Assembly (NCBI RefSeq): GCF_018977255.1
Contig: NW_024704742.1
Span: 23,438,001-23,502,000 of the forward strand
Length of the DNA: 64,000 nucleotides
Origin: Callorhinchus milii
Taxonomy: Eukaryota
Direction: 5' to 3'
The notes under the pieces are model-generated. The model was not told the DNA's origin. It was given only the letters and a program-made list of their open reading frames with translations, and made no database searches. Every line of letters begins with the position of its first letter. The first letter of the stretch is position 1. Shown here piece after piece: positions 22,122 to 34,180 of the stretch. The position numbers and the translations under genes were made by a program.

Positions 22122-22864
22122 GACAGCAAACACTTTCATTCAACCTCCGATTCCTTTTCAAAAAAAACAAGCAGCAGATTCCGCGTGAATAGCGGCAGCT
22201 CTGCTATCGATGGCCGAAGTCACCATCAATTATCGCCCATCGAAATGTTAAACGTTTGCACTGACGTTTGCGATGTTGATGTGTGGGGTTTCTGGAGTCG
22301 AATCATTTGAATTCTAATTTTGCGTTTCTTTCTAACGATTCAGAGGAAAGATGGCTCAAAACCCGCCGCGAAGCAGAACAGCTCCCGATCTCCTGCCCGT
22401 GTTGCCGGAGCCACGAGTATGTGCGAAGCGGCGACTCCTCCTCAGACCCTACACTCCTTCTTTAAACGCAGTTCAGAGCGGCGTTGGGGGACTGCAGCGC
22501 CGGTCCCACATTACACAGTAACGACGGGCAATCAGTTCGGGTTCAGTTAAACCTTCAGTGCGATGCGGCAATTTGCTGCAAAATTTAGGGAAACGGTTCA
22601 ACGGAATCACTCCTCCAGACCAGGGGGTTCTGACCAATCCAGGGGTCCGTGGCGAAATGTTGGGAAGTTGTTATGTTTAACTCTAATTTTAAAATGCGCA
22701 CTTCATTTTTTTTGCATTCAGTGCCACCGCCTCAAGTTCAAACTGGTACCAACTGAGGGTTATAGCTTCGTGGTTAATCTGACAGAGAAGTAACTCCGCT
22801 ACAAGTCTTTAATGCAGACCCACACCCTCCCCCCCTCCACCACCACCACCACCACCAACCAACA

Positions 22865-22867
<3 letters not shown>

Positions 22868-22898
<31 letters not shown>

Positions 22899-22956
22899 TA
22901 CACACACACACACACACATACACACACACACACACACACATACACACACACACACA

Positions 22957-22988
<32 letters not shown>

Positions 22989-23111
22989 TACACACACACA
23001 CATACACACACACACACACACACATACATACATACATACACACACATACACACATACACACACATACACACATACACACACACACACACACACACATACA
23101 CACACACACAC
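22868..23111. repeat. (CA)n/(CATA)n microsatellite
   Basis: Directly visible. Confidence 0.95.
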
Positions 23112-26086
23112 GCGTATGTGTTTATGAACACGCAACAACATAACGCTCTTGGGTGTAAAACTAAGACGATAAATAGGTTTTATGCAATGTTCTTGACATT
23201 TCAAATGTAAGCAGAACATATAACAACCCCAAATCATCTAAATACCGTAATGAAAACCAGGAGGTTTTTTTTAAAAAAAAGTGACTACGATTTCTGTACG
23301 ATTTGTATAAATGCTGCAGTGATTAATGAGGGAGATAAAGAGTTAAGACAATATTTTACTGCACCATTGGACTATATTCTTTACCAAATTTAAACACCTC
23401 TAAGCATGTACCATAACACTTTTTTAAAAAAAAAATGTGTAAATAACAGTTCGGCAGAAATTTTAAATGAGATAATTGTTCAGAAAGTCTGTATCCATAA
23501 TGATTAGGTTTAATAATAATCCAAAATTGTAATACTTAAATATATTTAAAATGTCAAGAATCAAAAGTTATACCAATGACTCATTGAAAGCAGGCGAATG
23601 TTTTAATATAAAACTGTCCATATTCAAAATACCACAACAAAATATCAACTCAAGCCTTAGTTTGATTATTCAGCATAATTTCAGATTGTCACATGTATAA
23701 ACCCAAAAGATCACCCGTCGAGATAGATAGTACCCCAACAAAGTTTTGAATTACATCTTTCTATTCTACTTCTTTCTTGTTATGTCATTACCATTCCTTA
23801 GAAAACCCCTTTTCCTTCAACTACCAACTGTTCCAGGAGGAGACTCTCAGGGGAAGAAAAAGCAAACTTTAAAACCGTCATTCAAAATCCTCAGACTATT
23901 TTCTGAACTTCAATTTTTCCATATATTACTTCTCTATCATTCCATCTGAATTGCCTTAAATCACATCAGTAAGCTATGATCCTCGAACTGTACTGTCCTG
24001 CTTGCATTGCCTGCAAACTAACAAGCCCATTCACACTCAATACTACTTTAAAAAAGTCAAATGTCAAATATGTAGACACATCTTACATTTTTAGCAGCTT
24101 TCATAACCTTAAGAAAGACCATACCAATAAATCCACTCACCATTAAGCCATAAGCACAACTACATGTAATCTGTGGCAACACAGATAGCCTACACTTCTA
24201 TTTCAGTTTTTGTTGAACAATTTGGTAAAGTATTCCTGCAATTTAACATTGATGTTAAAGTTCTATGTTCTTGTTTGTTTATTTTTTTCCCTTCCCTTGA
24301 CTATCGTAACTTGTGAAAACATATTACATTTATTTTCATTAAGGAGCAATGGCAACAAATGACTGAAATTACAACAAATTACAATGCAGAAACATTACAT
24401 CACATATTGGTTCATTTCAGTCCAACTAATTTGTGTTTATTTCACTAGTATCCTGCTTGCTTCATAAAATAAGTAATCTGACTATGATTGCTCAGGAAAA
24501 CAAAGCAGTTCAATCAATTAGCGTACTACAGTAATAAAGTCCCGTGAGGCACTCAAAATCAGTCCATTTAATGCTGCCTTTCTAATACAACAGTTTGCTT
24601 CAATTCAACAGTCAACATTAACAGTGTAGTGTAACTGGAGTTTGCAATGACAAAGCAACATTGATTCAGTCCATAGCAGGATTTGTGAAACCATCCTGAG
24701 GAGTGTTTTCAAATTTACATTTATGTGCACAAACTCAGTTTGACAGCAAATGACATGAAGCCAATTTTTAAGCTTAAAAATAGTGCAGAAATTCCAGGGA
24801 ACTGGAATTGGGCAACATTTAAGGTTTCTAATGTTGGAGCATCAACTCATCAATAATTTAAAAAGCACTGGTTAGTAGACACCTACACATTGGCATAAAT
24901 GCACAGCCATTGAGGTATGCTTTGTTTGACTTAGCCCCAGGCAGAAGTGATTCAGAGCTCATAGAATAGCAATACTCTGCCAGCTCTCAATCACTCTACT
25001 ACAGGCATGAGAACTGAGGCCTGCAATATAACCATGGCATAAAATGTCTTCTCCATACCCAACACCCTATTCCTTTTCCAGTTTGTTTTGCTACACATTA
25101 CAGATATAATTTAACTTTGTTAATGAATGCACAGCTCATATCGGTCTCAAATTCTGCCAAGTGATATGTTTACTTTTTAAAAATATGAAATCTATACAAG
25201 ACAGTAAATTGCAAAATAACTGAAAAAGCAATTACAGGGATTTGAGCTGGATTGTAATCTAAGGCTGTTGGGATTCCAAGTTGCAGAGTTTGTGTAGGAA
25301 AGATACATTTGAAAATATTTTCTTAAATTGTTAAATCAAAGATGAAAATTGCTTGCTAATGGAAAAAAAGAAAGGCCCTCACTAATATTTAGTATGGTCT
25401 TCCTGCAATTACCTCCCTCTTGAGGATCCTTAGTTAGCAGCAGTATTACTACCCTAATATATACCACATGCACAGCTAGTTACAGTTCATCGACAGTTTT
25501 GCAGTGCTGGATTGCATAACTCTTTCTTTTCACTAAGTCAAAAACAAAAATTCCTAGCCAGTTAATTTTATCTCAATCTAAAATCTAAAGTGGGGGTGGA
25601 GAGAAACCAAATGCTAAGTTTGATAATACACCTTTCTAGCATCAAAAAGAACAAAAGTAGTTCATGTAACACAGTTAAAGCACAAATACCAACAACAAAA
25701 TAAAAAAACTATTGTATTTTTAAGTTACCAGAATGCTTCAAATGTTCTTATAATCAGCCTTGAGAAATGCAATTAAATTGTCAGAATTAACAAATTTGTT
25801 TCGAACAAGAGAGTGGCCTGAAGTACAATGGCAAGTCTGGTATTGATCTGTAGCACAAGGAACATTACTCTTCAGGTATTTACTGTGCCACCTCTGCACC
25901 AGAGGCCTTACTTCAGTCCAAATCAATCCAAGGAAAAGATGGCTCTTTCCAGCAATAAATACATAACTAGCCTCAACAGAATTACATTGCTCTGGGGATA
26001 TTTTAGAGTAAACTGTTCTGAAGGTCCAACCGGGTTGGATTTGGACCACAGACTGAAAACAAGGGTCACTATGGGCTATCACTGAA

Positions 26087-26325
26087 ACAACAACAGCAAC
26101 ATGCCGGACAGCATCTCAGAGCGCTTCACAGTAACGGATCCTGGGGCCGAGCCAGGGGGAGGGGGAGGAAGGTGACCAAAGGCGCAGTCGAAAAGAAAGG
26201 TCTTCAGCTGAAACCTGAGGCAAAGGGAGTTCCAGAGCCTCAGACCGTAGTGGCTGAAGGCATGGCCGCCGATGGTGGAGTGGAGGACTCGGGGGACAAG
26301 GAGGAGGCCAGGTACCCGGTGGAAC
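26087..26325 (-). mobile_element. L2-type LINE 3' fragment
   Basis: The minus strand reads IGGHAFSHYGLRLWNSL..FQLKTFLF (L2 C-terminus) and ends in a (TGT)n tail. Confidence 0.7.
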
Positions 26326-26436
26326 AAAGGCAACGGGCACTGTTGTGAGGAGAGGAGGTCAAAACAAACCCTTATAAGGAAACCAAATATTTTGGAAAAT
26401 AACTCAAAAAGGTTAGCAGATTATTATGTTTTAAAC

Positions 26437-26865
26437 AATAATGATAATAATCCTTACATTTGATACAGCGCCTTTCACGGCAGCAAGATGTCTCAAAGCA
26501 CTTCACAGAATACACTGTAGAGTGGAGTGACTTTATTATACAGGCAAATGCTGCAGCCAATTTGCGCACAGCAATGTCCCACAAACAGCATTAAGTGAAT
26601 GTCCGATGGGGGATTGTTGGCCAGGAGACCTGAAGAAACTATTTTACCATTTGAAATAGTGCCATTTGATCTTTAACATTCACCTGATCTGGCAGATGTG
26701 ACCTCAGTTTAGCGTTTCATCTGAAGGACGACATCTCCAACAATATACAGCAAACTCACAGCACTGCACTGGAGTGTCAGCCTGGACTGTGTTCTGACAT
26801 TGGGCTTGAACCCACAACCTTCTAACTCTGAGGCAAGATTGCTACCAAATGAGCCAGGCTGACAC
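26437..26865 (-). mobile_element. Near full-length Deu-domain SINE (SacSINE1/AmnSINE1-like)
   Basis: tRNA-like head (gtcagcctggctcatttggtagc...gggttcaagccc), body gctgtttgtgggacattgctgtgcgcaaattggctgc, and an L2-like tail ending aaatgtaaggattattat. Confidence 0.75.
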
Positions 26866-28850
26866 ACAAATATCAGTAATGATACAAGACCACAGGGTAA
26901 CAAGGAATACTAACCAATGGAATCAAATAAAGCTGTTTCGAATTATGTAATTTTACAAACCTACACGTTCACAGAATTTGGTGAATAATAGGAGTCCTGC
27001 AGCTTTGTGGTGAGAGCACTCACCTGGTTCCCTGAAATGCTACTCAATTTTGCACATTCTCCTGCCTTTTCCCCATATCCTTTATATTTCTCCTTAACGT
27101 ACATATGCATCAATACTGTATATTAATAGAAAAGCTGTGTCAGGTGATTTGAAAATAAAATCCTAGAGTATTTCAACACAGATGGAGGTCATTGGCCCAT
27201 CATGTAGAATAGATTGCAGGAAATCCAACGCATGTGCAGAAGAGAGGCCTCATTGCTTTGACTCATGCTCATCGTAACAATTATGCAAGTATGCTCAAAA
27301 CCATACAAGATATACAGTATTGCACTCTTGAGGATATTATATGTTAGCCTATATGAGTTTCTCCAAGTTGTCCTCCCTCTTCGGAAAAACAATCCAGATT
27401 AATTGGCTACGTAAATTGGTGTTTCTGTGACATTGCTGATGCAAATTAGATGTTGCATTACAAACGCTTCATTTCAAAGCATTCTCTTTTACGTAAATGT
27501 AAGTTATCGTTGAAACATCATGATGTGGCTAAGGAATGGGCATTGATGAAACACCAATAAGTTATACTTCGACCAATGTAAATAGTTTTAGATCTGAATC
27601 TGCCTTCTGATGCTAAAAAATACACTGATATAAATTCAACAACAATAACTAGCATTTATATAGCGGCCTTCACGTGGGGTAGTGTGCCAGGGCGTAAGAT
27701 AAATATAGTTATACCACACTTTTAGCACTGAATCCAAGTATATTAAAACTCAGGAAAGAGCATGTTTTCTCCATACAAAGATTTTATATCACCTGAGAAT
27801 CTTCTCAAATGCTTTGCAACAAATTCCAGGATTCACTTCTTACGAAGATAGGTAGTGTTTCTGGAAAATTTATTTTCTCTGCACCATTTCCTCTCATAGT
27901 TTCATAACCCATGAATATAGATTTGCAACTTGAGCCAGCAGACAGGTGACATGCTCTCCAGACTTTGCTCACACAAATGAATAGTCCCCTGTTAGTTTTC
28001 TGGTGCTGATTGAAACTAATTGGCTTAGTTCTGCTGAGCTCCTCCCTCCCTGTAGTAGCAAAGTTAACTTCAGAAAAAATGTGTATGGTGTGGTGGGCAC
28101 GTGTTACGAATGCACAGAGCAACACATGGCAGCTCCAACGTACTGCACAACTGCTGTACTTATGGTGCTTCAAAAGACCCGGGGTCCTTCAAGTATAATT
28201 TACAGCTACAGGAAAACTGAATACATTCAGAACAGTTATAGATGTAATAAAAAAAGTGTACAATTACTAACATATTCTAGTTTTCTCTCATTTCCCCACT
28301 TGAGGAACTTTTTTTTAACAAACCTATACCAGCTTTACCATGTTTAGACAACTACACAGAGGCTCAGGAAACAAAAGGAGAAAAGCAAATGGTGGACTGA
28401 ACTACACATGTACATACATGCAAAAGATATAGCCCAAAACATTCCTTGTATAACTACTGAGGCTGTGTTATCTCTATCCCAGTTCCTCCAAGTGCATCTT
28501 AGTCCAGAATTCCACAATGATAACCAGCAAGCAGCACTAAGATAGGCTTGAACTGATTAGAAAGATTTTGCAGTATTCAGTAAATACGTAAGCTAAAACT
28601 CACCAATTGCGATCAAGTTGAAGCTAGATAAGAACCGACTATTCCATTATCATTTCAGTTATGATTTACAAAATAAAGACATCCAATATTTCACAGGAAG
28701 CACAATGATTTATGAATCCAACAATGCAAAAAAAATCCAACAGTGCAAGAGAGCTAGGGTTGAAATAGCACCATGTTAATTACGATTCACAGCATAGAGA
28801 TGCTCCCCAGTAATTTGAACCTAAAGAATAACCTGCCAAAATAACTGTAA

Positions 28851-29075
28851 CTTTCACCTGAGGGACTTGGATTTGAATCCAGCCCAAACAGATGGGATAA
28901 GAGTCTCCTCTTGATGGTGGCTCTTAAGGGTCATAAATGAAATGAGTCTGGGCTGTCTCAACTCAATTCCCAGTGGATATGAGACCACAGTACAAAACAG
29001 CCCATAATTCGGCACTAATTGGGCAACCTCACTCAAAGAGAGTACAGGGATAGATGGCGTGGGAAATGGAAATGT
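28851..29075 (+). mobile_element. LF-SINE-like fragment
   Basis: Collinear blocks resemble the LF-SINE consensus as I recall it: tttcacct..ggacttggatttgaatccagccca, tgaaatgagt..gtctca..ttcccagtgga, acaaaac..ggcactaattgg. Confidence 0.6.
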
Positions 29076-30174
29076 CTAACCAGTCTTTATAGTTCCAGCA
29101 TGTGCATATTGTATACTTCAAACTTTTATGCTAAAATAATCATACCTTAATACCCGTCCACTGCATATCGAGGAACATCTATTTCATAATGCACATTTAA
29201 CATGGTGCAGTTTTAATACTGTTTTATGTATGATTTACAACAAAAAGACAAGCTTGCACAAAAAACTTTACGAATTTTGAAGCTAACAATACAATGTACG
29301 AAAGCTAGGAATGAAACTGCATTAATAGTCAACCTCAACTTACAACAGAGAGATTTTTCCCATAATTAACTGAAAGAATAAGCCACCAAATTCTGTTGAA
29401 GAATCTGATTGACTTCTGTGCAGTGGAATATATATACACAGTATATATTGTCCGCATACCTGTATCTATACAGCCTAAGGTGCTTGCTAGATCAAGGATT
29501 ATTATTATTATATTATTATTATAAAAGAAATATATATAATTAGCAACTTGTGTGGAAAAAAAGCACATAGAGACAAAGACATGGAAGCAAAATTAAACAG
29601 AAAGAAGACTGAAGTTGAAAATGGCAGAAGGAAACAAAGCTGCTCTTAGGGTAGTTGAAAAGATAAACATGTCAAAAATATAAACAATGCAGAATACATA
29701 AATGACGGTGACAAAGTAGGTGTAAAATTGAGAATGAAAACAAACAAGAAGTAACTTGTGGCTTTGTGGGATGGCCTGTAAATATGGTATAAATATACAG
29801 CGACAGAGGAGACTAATTCACACATTTATTTTAGCAATTTAAAATCTAGACAACAGTAAACGTGTTACAAAAACAGAAGTTATGTCAATAAAGTACTGAT
29901 TTAACATCTGGAAGCCTAACACATACTAAAAAATGGTCTAAACCTCGGCCTTTGGCTCATGCATTGTTCTCCGCTGAGGTTGACGTTAACATACAAATTT
30001 AGTTTAGTGTATGGAAATTCTACATTGTATCCAAACCAAAAACAAAGGATTTGGTAATTGGAACATTGAAACATACAGGACTGCAAAAGAATGTTGTAAT
30101 TCATTAGGCCAGTCCCAAATGCCATACACCTCAATAAATTTCTTTGTCCAAATAGCTATCTAATTCCCTTAGGT

Positions 30175-30555
30175 CTGCAGTACTCCAAGGCACTGCTGAC
30201 GACAGACCAGCCCGCCTGGCTTGTTAGTAGGTCTTAGAGAAGCAGACCAGTCACTGGGGTTGGGATTTTTTCCCACTCGGTGCTTGTCAATTCTGCAAAG
30301 CCTCAACACTGTTCTGAACTGGACAAGTAGCAGAAAGATTGCCAGTGTTCCAACTGGTTAAATTCCAGCAGAAACCCCAACATACAAACTCATACATTTG
30401 CGCATAAACTCTCGGGGATAAGGCAAGTGGGGTTTATCCCTCTCGGGATACGCACTCCATATCGGACAAACTGAAACCATACACTAATTTGGTTTTGAGA
30501 CTCTTAAGCATTGTTATGAATTCCTACATGTGTCAGACATGCGGTTAGGATAAAA
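30175..30555 (+). repeat. Unclassified interspersed repeat, copy 1
   Basis: Collinear similarity to 31015-31478: gcactgctga, gcctggct, gtcactgg, tcccactc, ctggacaag, ctggtta, ccccaac, catgtgtcagacat. Confidence 0.6.
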
Positions 30556-31014
30556 GATACTATTATCTATTTTGAGCAGTACTGGATTTATTTGCCATTA
30601 TCAGTGCTCAAACAGGATTTGCAACACCATGCCAAAGAAAGCATTCCTGATTTAATAGTTCCCCTAAATTGGTGTAAGCTGCTAACTTAACTACCGTGCA
30701 CTGTCTGTGAAACTAGTAAATGTATGTACACTAGGAACTGGGGCTGTTCCACTATGGAGCCCTGAGTCACCCCAAATACCTCCCCTTATTGATAATAATT
30801 GAAATATATAAAGTAGTTTGCAAATAATTCAGTGTAATAATTACAGCGGTCGACATTTCATTTATCCAAGATGACTAACCTTACTGTTTTTGTATTTCAA
30901 ACTGTCAGATAATTTTTTAATAGTGAGGGGAAATACTACCATGTTGTGAGTCTCTCACAAACACCCTTTCATCCTCAGACCTTCTCTCCCTCTAGCTCAG
31001 TGCGGGCAGTTACA

Positions 31015-31478
31015 TCCGCAGTATTCCAGGGCACTGCTGATGATAGTATTGCCAGCCTGGCTCATCATAGGACTTGAAATGGCAGACATGTCACTGGCGA
31101 CAGGGAATCATATTATTCTTATAATTATCCCACTCAGCTCCTGTTAACCCTGCAAGCAAAAGCCCTAATGGCTAGGGTGGTCCTAGCTGGACAAGCAGTG
31201 GGAAAGCTTCACAGACAATGATATCAAAGGCAAGCTATGCGGTTTTAGCTGGTTAGACCCTAGCAGTACCCCAACGCACACTCTGGGGTTACTAAGCCCC
31301 AACCTGTTCCTAAAGCTTTCTGGAATTAGGTAAGCAAGATTTGTCCCTTCATTTCAACAATCTATCTCTGGGATTTCCATGTGTAGGTGGGATGTGTGAA
31401 ATTCTCAGTGTGGTCTGGATATTCTTAGCATGGTGATGGATTTCCACATGTGTCAGACATCCAGGGGACAAAAAAAAA
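31015..31478 (+). repeat. Unclassified interspersed repeat, copy 2, ending in an A-run
   Basis: Matches copy 1. Its 3' half (ggaattaggtaagc...ggata(t/c)tct) also recurs at ~51460-51590 and ~60190-60360. Confidence 0.6.
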
Positions 31479-31883
31479 GTGAGCGGTCAAATGCCAATGT
31501 AAAGTGAAGTCTCATGTGGAATTATTCCAAAAGTCCATATCTCTCAAGACAAGAACAGAACTTGTTTTGACACGTGACCTCTTCTGGCAAGAGAACAAGT
31601 TTTTGTTAAAAAGTTTACATTTTTGGTGAATATATGGGCTCAAGATGAGGACTGTCATTGCTGGAAAATTTAATACGTTACACTTTAGGCACCCAGTGAA
31701 TTAAGCATTCCCAAGTCTGATAATAACACAAGTCAGATGCAGAGTACTGCTGTACTCTGTTGTAAAGGGGAACTGACTTGTGAAGAATAGCTGCACAATT
31801 CCTCAATGTATAATGGCAAACATCTCTACACGAGTTTTAGGATCAAGGCAGTCTTGGAGCAGATATGTTGTACTGAACGTCCT

Positions 31884-33053
31884 CTTACCTCATAAAGGTG
31901 GTGGTGGGGCGAGTTAGGCAATCACAGCCAAACAATGTGCTGAGATTCATGCTCCATTTATTAGATACTTTGTGTTAGGTGCAATATGTGTGCAATCTCT
32001 CCTACTTATATATATAATGCTTCCTAATTGTGTAAATTTTGCTACCTTATATCATGAATGGGGAGTGCCGCCCTCAGTCCATTGTTCTTATTCATGTTAT
32101 TGAAGCGAACATATGTTTTGCATGTGGTACATCGCCTATAATATCAAAGCGTTTCACAGTTAAATGCTGTGTAATGTAGAGGTTGTGTATTTGTAGGTAA
32201 ATCAGCAGCCCATTTGCACACTGCAATTTTCCACCAACAGCGAGAAAGTAATGACAATTTATGTGACCAGGATAAAAGGAGAAACTCTCTTCTTTTTTCA
32301 ATAATAGAATGAGATTTTAAAATCTGATATAGAGACAAGGGATATTACACAAGGGAAAGCTCGTTACAAAATGTCTATTCACAGGTTTGCTCCAATGCAA
32401 CAATTTTAACGCATGAAAGACTGAAAAGAGACATCTAAGAAACAGCAGTAGCAGTAAAGATATTTTAGTTTATAATTTTTAGTTTTTCGGAATACATTTA
32501 GTAGGATATCCCCAGCCTGTGGTGAGCATCAAGTTTGAATTGATTCATTTCTCACAGGAGCTCCATCGTTCTGGTATCTCAGAACAAGATGACTAATTTA
32601 CAGCAGATTCTGAGCAGTTACCTTCACTCACTCATACTCACATGATTGAAGATTGCCCAAGATCATATCACACAGAAACTTTAATGATGGCCGATTATAG
32701 GAGCCCTTTATCCCATGAGTTTTGAGGATACTCAAGCCCAAACCCAAATATCAAAAAACAGTATGCTAACTCACTGTATCACACCCAGCTCTCCAAAGTA
32801 AACATTTTCAATGCTTTATCTGCACGTTTACATATGCAAGCAACACAGGACAGGATTTAGAAATGAGTGGACCCCTTTGTCCCTTACCTCATAAAGGTGG
32901 TGGGGGGGTGGGGGGGAGAGAGCTAGTCTATCACAGCCAAACAATGTTCTGATATTCATGCTCCATTTATTAGATACTTTGTGTCAGGTGCAATATGTGT
33001 GCAATCTGACCTACTTATGTATAATGTTTCCTAATTGCGTAAATTTTGCTACC
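31884..33053. repeat. Pair of ~165-bp direct repeats (31884-32046 and 32883-33053)
   Basis: Shared sequence cttacctcataaaggtggtgg...cacagccaaacaatg...ttcatgctccatttattagatactttgtgt...gtaaattttgctacc. Confidence 0.92.
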
Positions 33054-33974
33054 GTCAAAGAATACAAATGTTGGGAAATAATAATTTTCCCATACTAGAC
33101 ACCCTATGACTGTACATCACACTGCTAAGACATCGGAACAAGGTTAGTACAATTGAGTTATTACTATACTGGCAATCTGCACAAACATTTAACAATATAA
33201 CACCAAATAACTATTACCAGCATAATACTTCCACATTCCAATTTGAATATCCTTCTGTTGCTCTGAATGGCATTGCTAAAATAGTATGAATTCCAGCAGA
33301 TTTATGAAATTGATGAAGGCAGTTCTTAGGTAATAAACCTATAAACCTGACTAAGTCCATCTCGGAGGATTATGGTGTTCTGAAGGAAGATGAAGGAATT
33401 GCTTCAGGAATTGCTTGCTACTTATTGTGAATTGGATGAAGACTATACAGGGATGTTTTGTTTAATATCATTAACAGTTGTCAAGGAGTGGGAACCTTTA
33501 TCCCATTTGACTTAGTTTGAATTGCATTAATCTAGTCCCAAGAAGCAAAACGATAGTATTCTAATCAACCGTGTTGGCCAGTCCCTTTCCTGATTCTGAA
33601 ATGATTTTTTTCTTCTTTTAATACAATATTTTATCACTAGTTTTTCATATAAATAACATTTTTGATAGATTGACATGAAGATTCTGGATAACAGTCACAA
33701 ACAAAAGGCAGGGATGTCACTGAATGTAATTGGATATAATGATTGTGGACAAAACAAAATTAATCTACATCTATTAATGAATTTTCAGTGGGTTAAATGT
33801 TATTTTGTTCCAGTAATGATATATTGTACTATATGATATATTGTAGTATAATGTATCTGCACATCTCTCTAAATTCAATAATAAACTGATTTATACAAGG
33901 ATACGTGGCGCCGTAACAGTAAATGCAACAGTATCCTTATTTACAGAGACTACATTTGCACCACATTTTCCATC

Positions 33975-34180
33975 ACAGAAACAAGAGACCATCGAGTCTG
34001 TTGCATCTGTTCCACAGATTAGATCATAGCAGATCTTTTCATCCAACTTCTCCATCTTTTCTCCACTCCCCTTAATTCCCAAGTGTCTGTCTATCTCCCA
34101 TTTAAACATCACAATTGACTTTGCCATGAAATCCTCTGAGGCAGTGCATTCCACATTCTTACAAACCTCCAAGTGAAGAT
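33975..34180 (-). mobile_element. CR1-type LINE 3' fragment
   Basis: The minus strand reads ..SIVMFKWEIDRHLGIKG.., like the CR1 C-terminus (FK.ELD..L), followed by a 3'UTR-like segment. Confidence 0.55.

Noticed and set aside
22669..22702. Minus-strand AG followed by (V)RILKLELNIT, loosely like a short alternative LRBA segment I recall in human (VCIFKLRENSK)
   Set aside because: The acceptor is preceded by an A-run instead of a pyrimidine tract, and there is no GT donor at the expected position. Probably chance.
20274..23237. Poly(VC), poly(HT), poly-G and poly-P ORFs
   Set aside because: Microsatellite translations. Only 20390-20536 is a supported exon.
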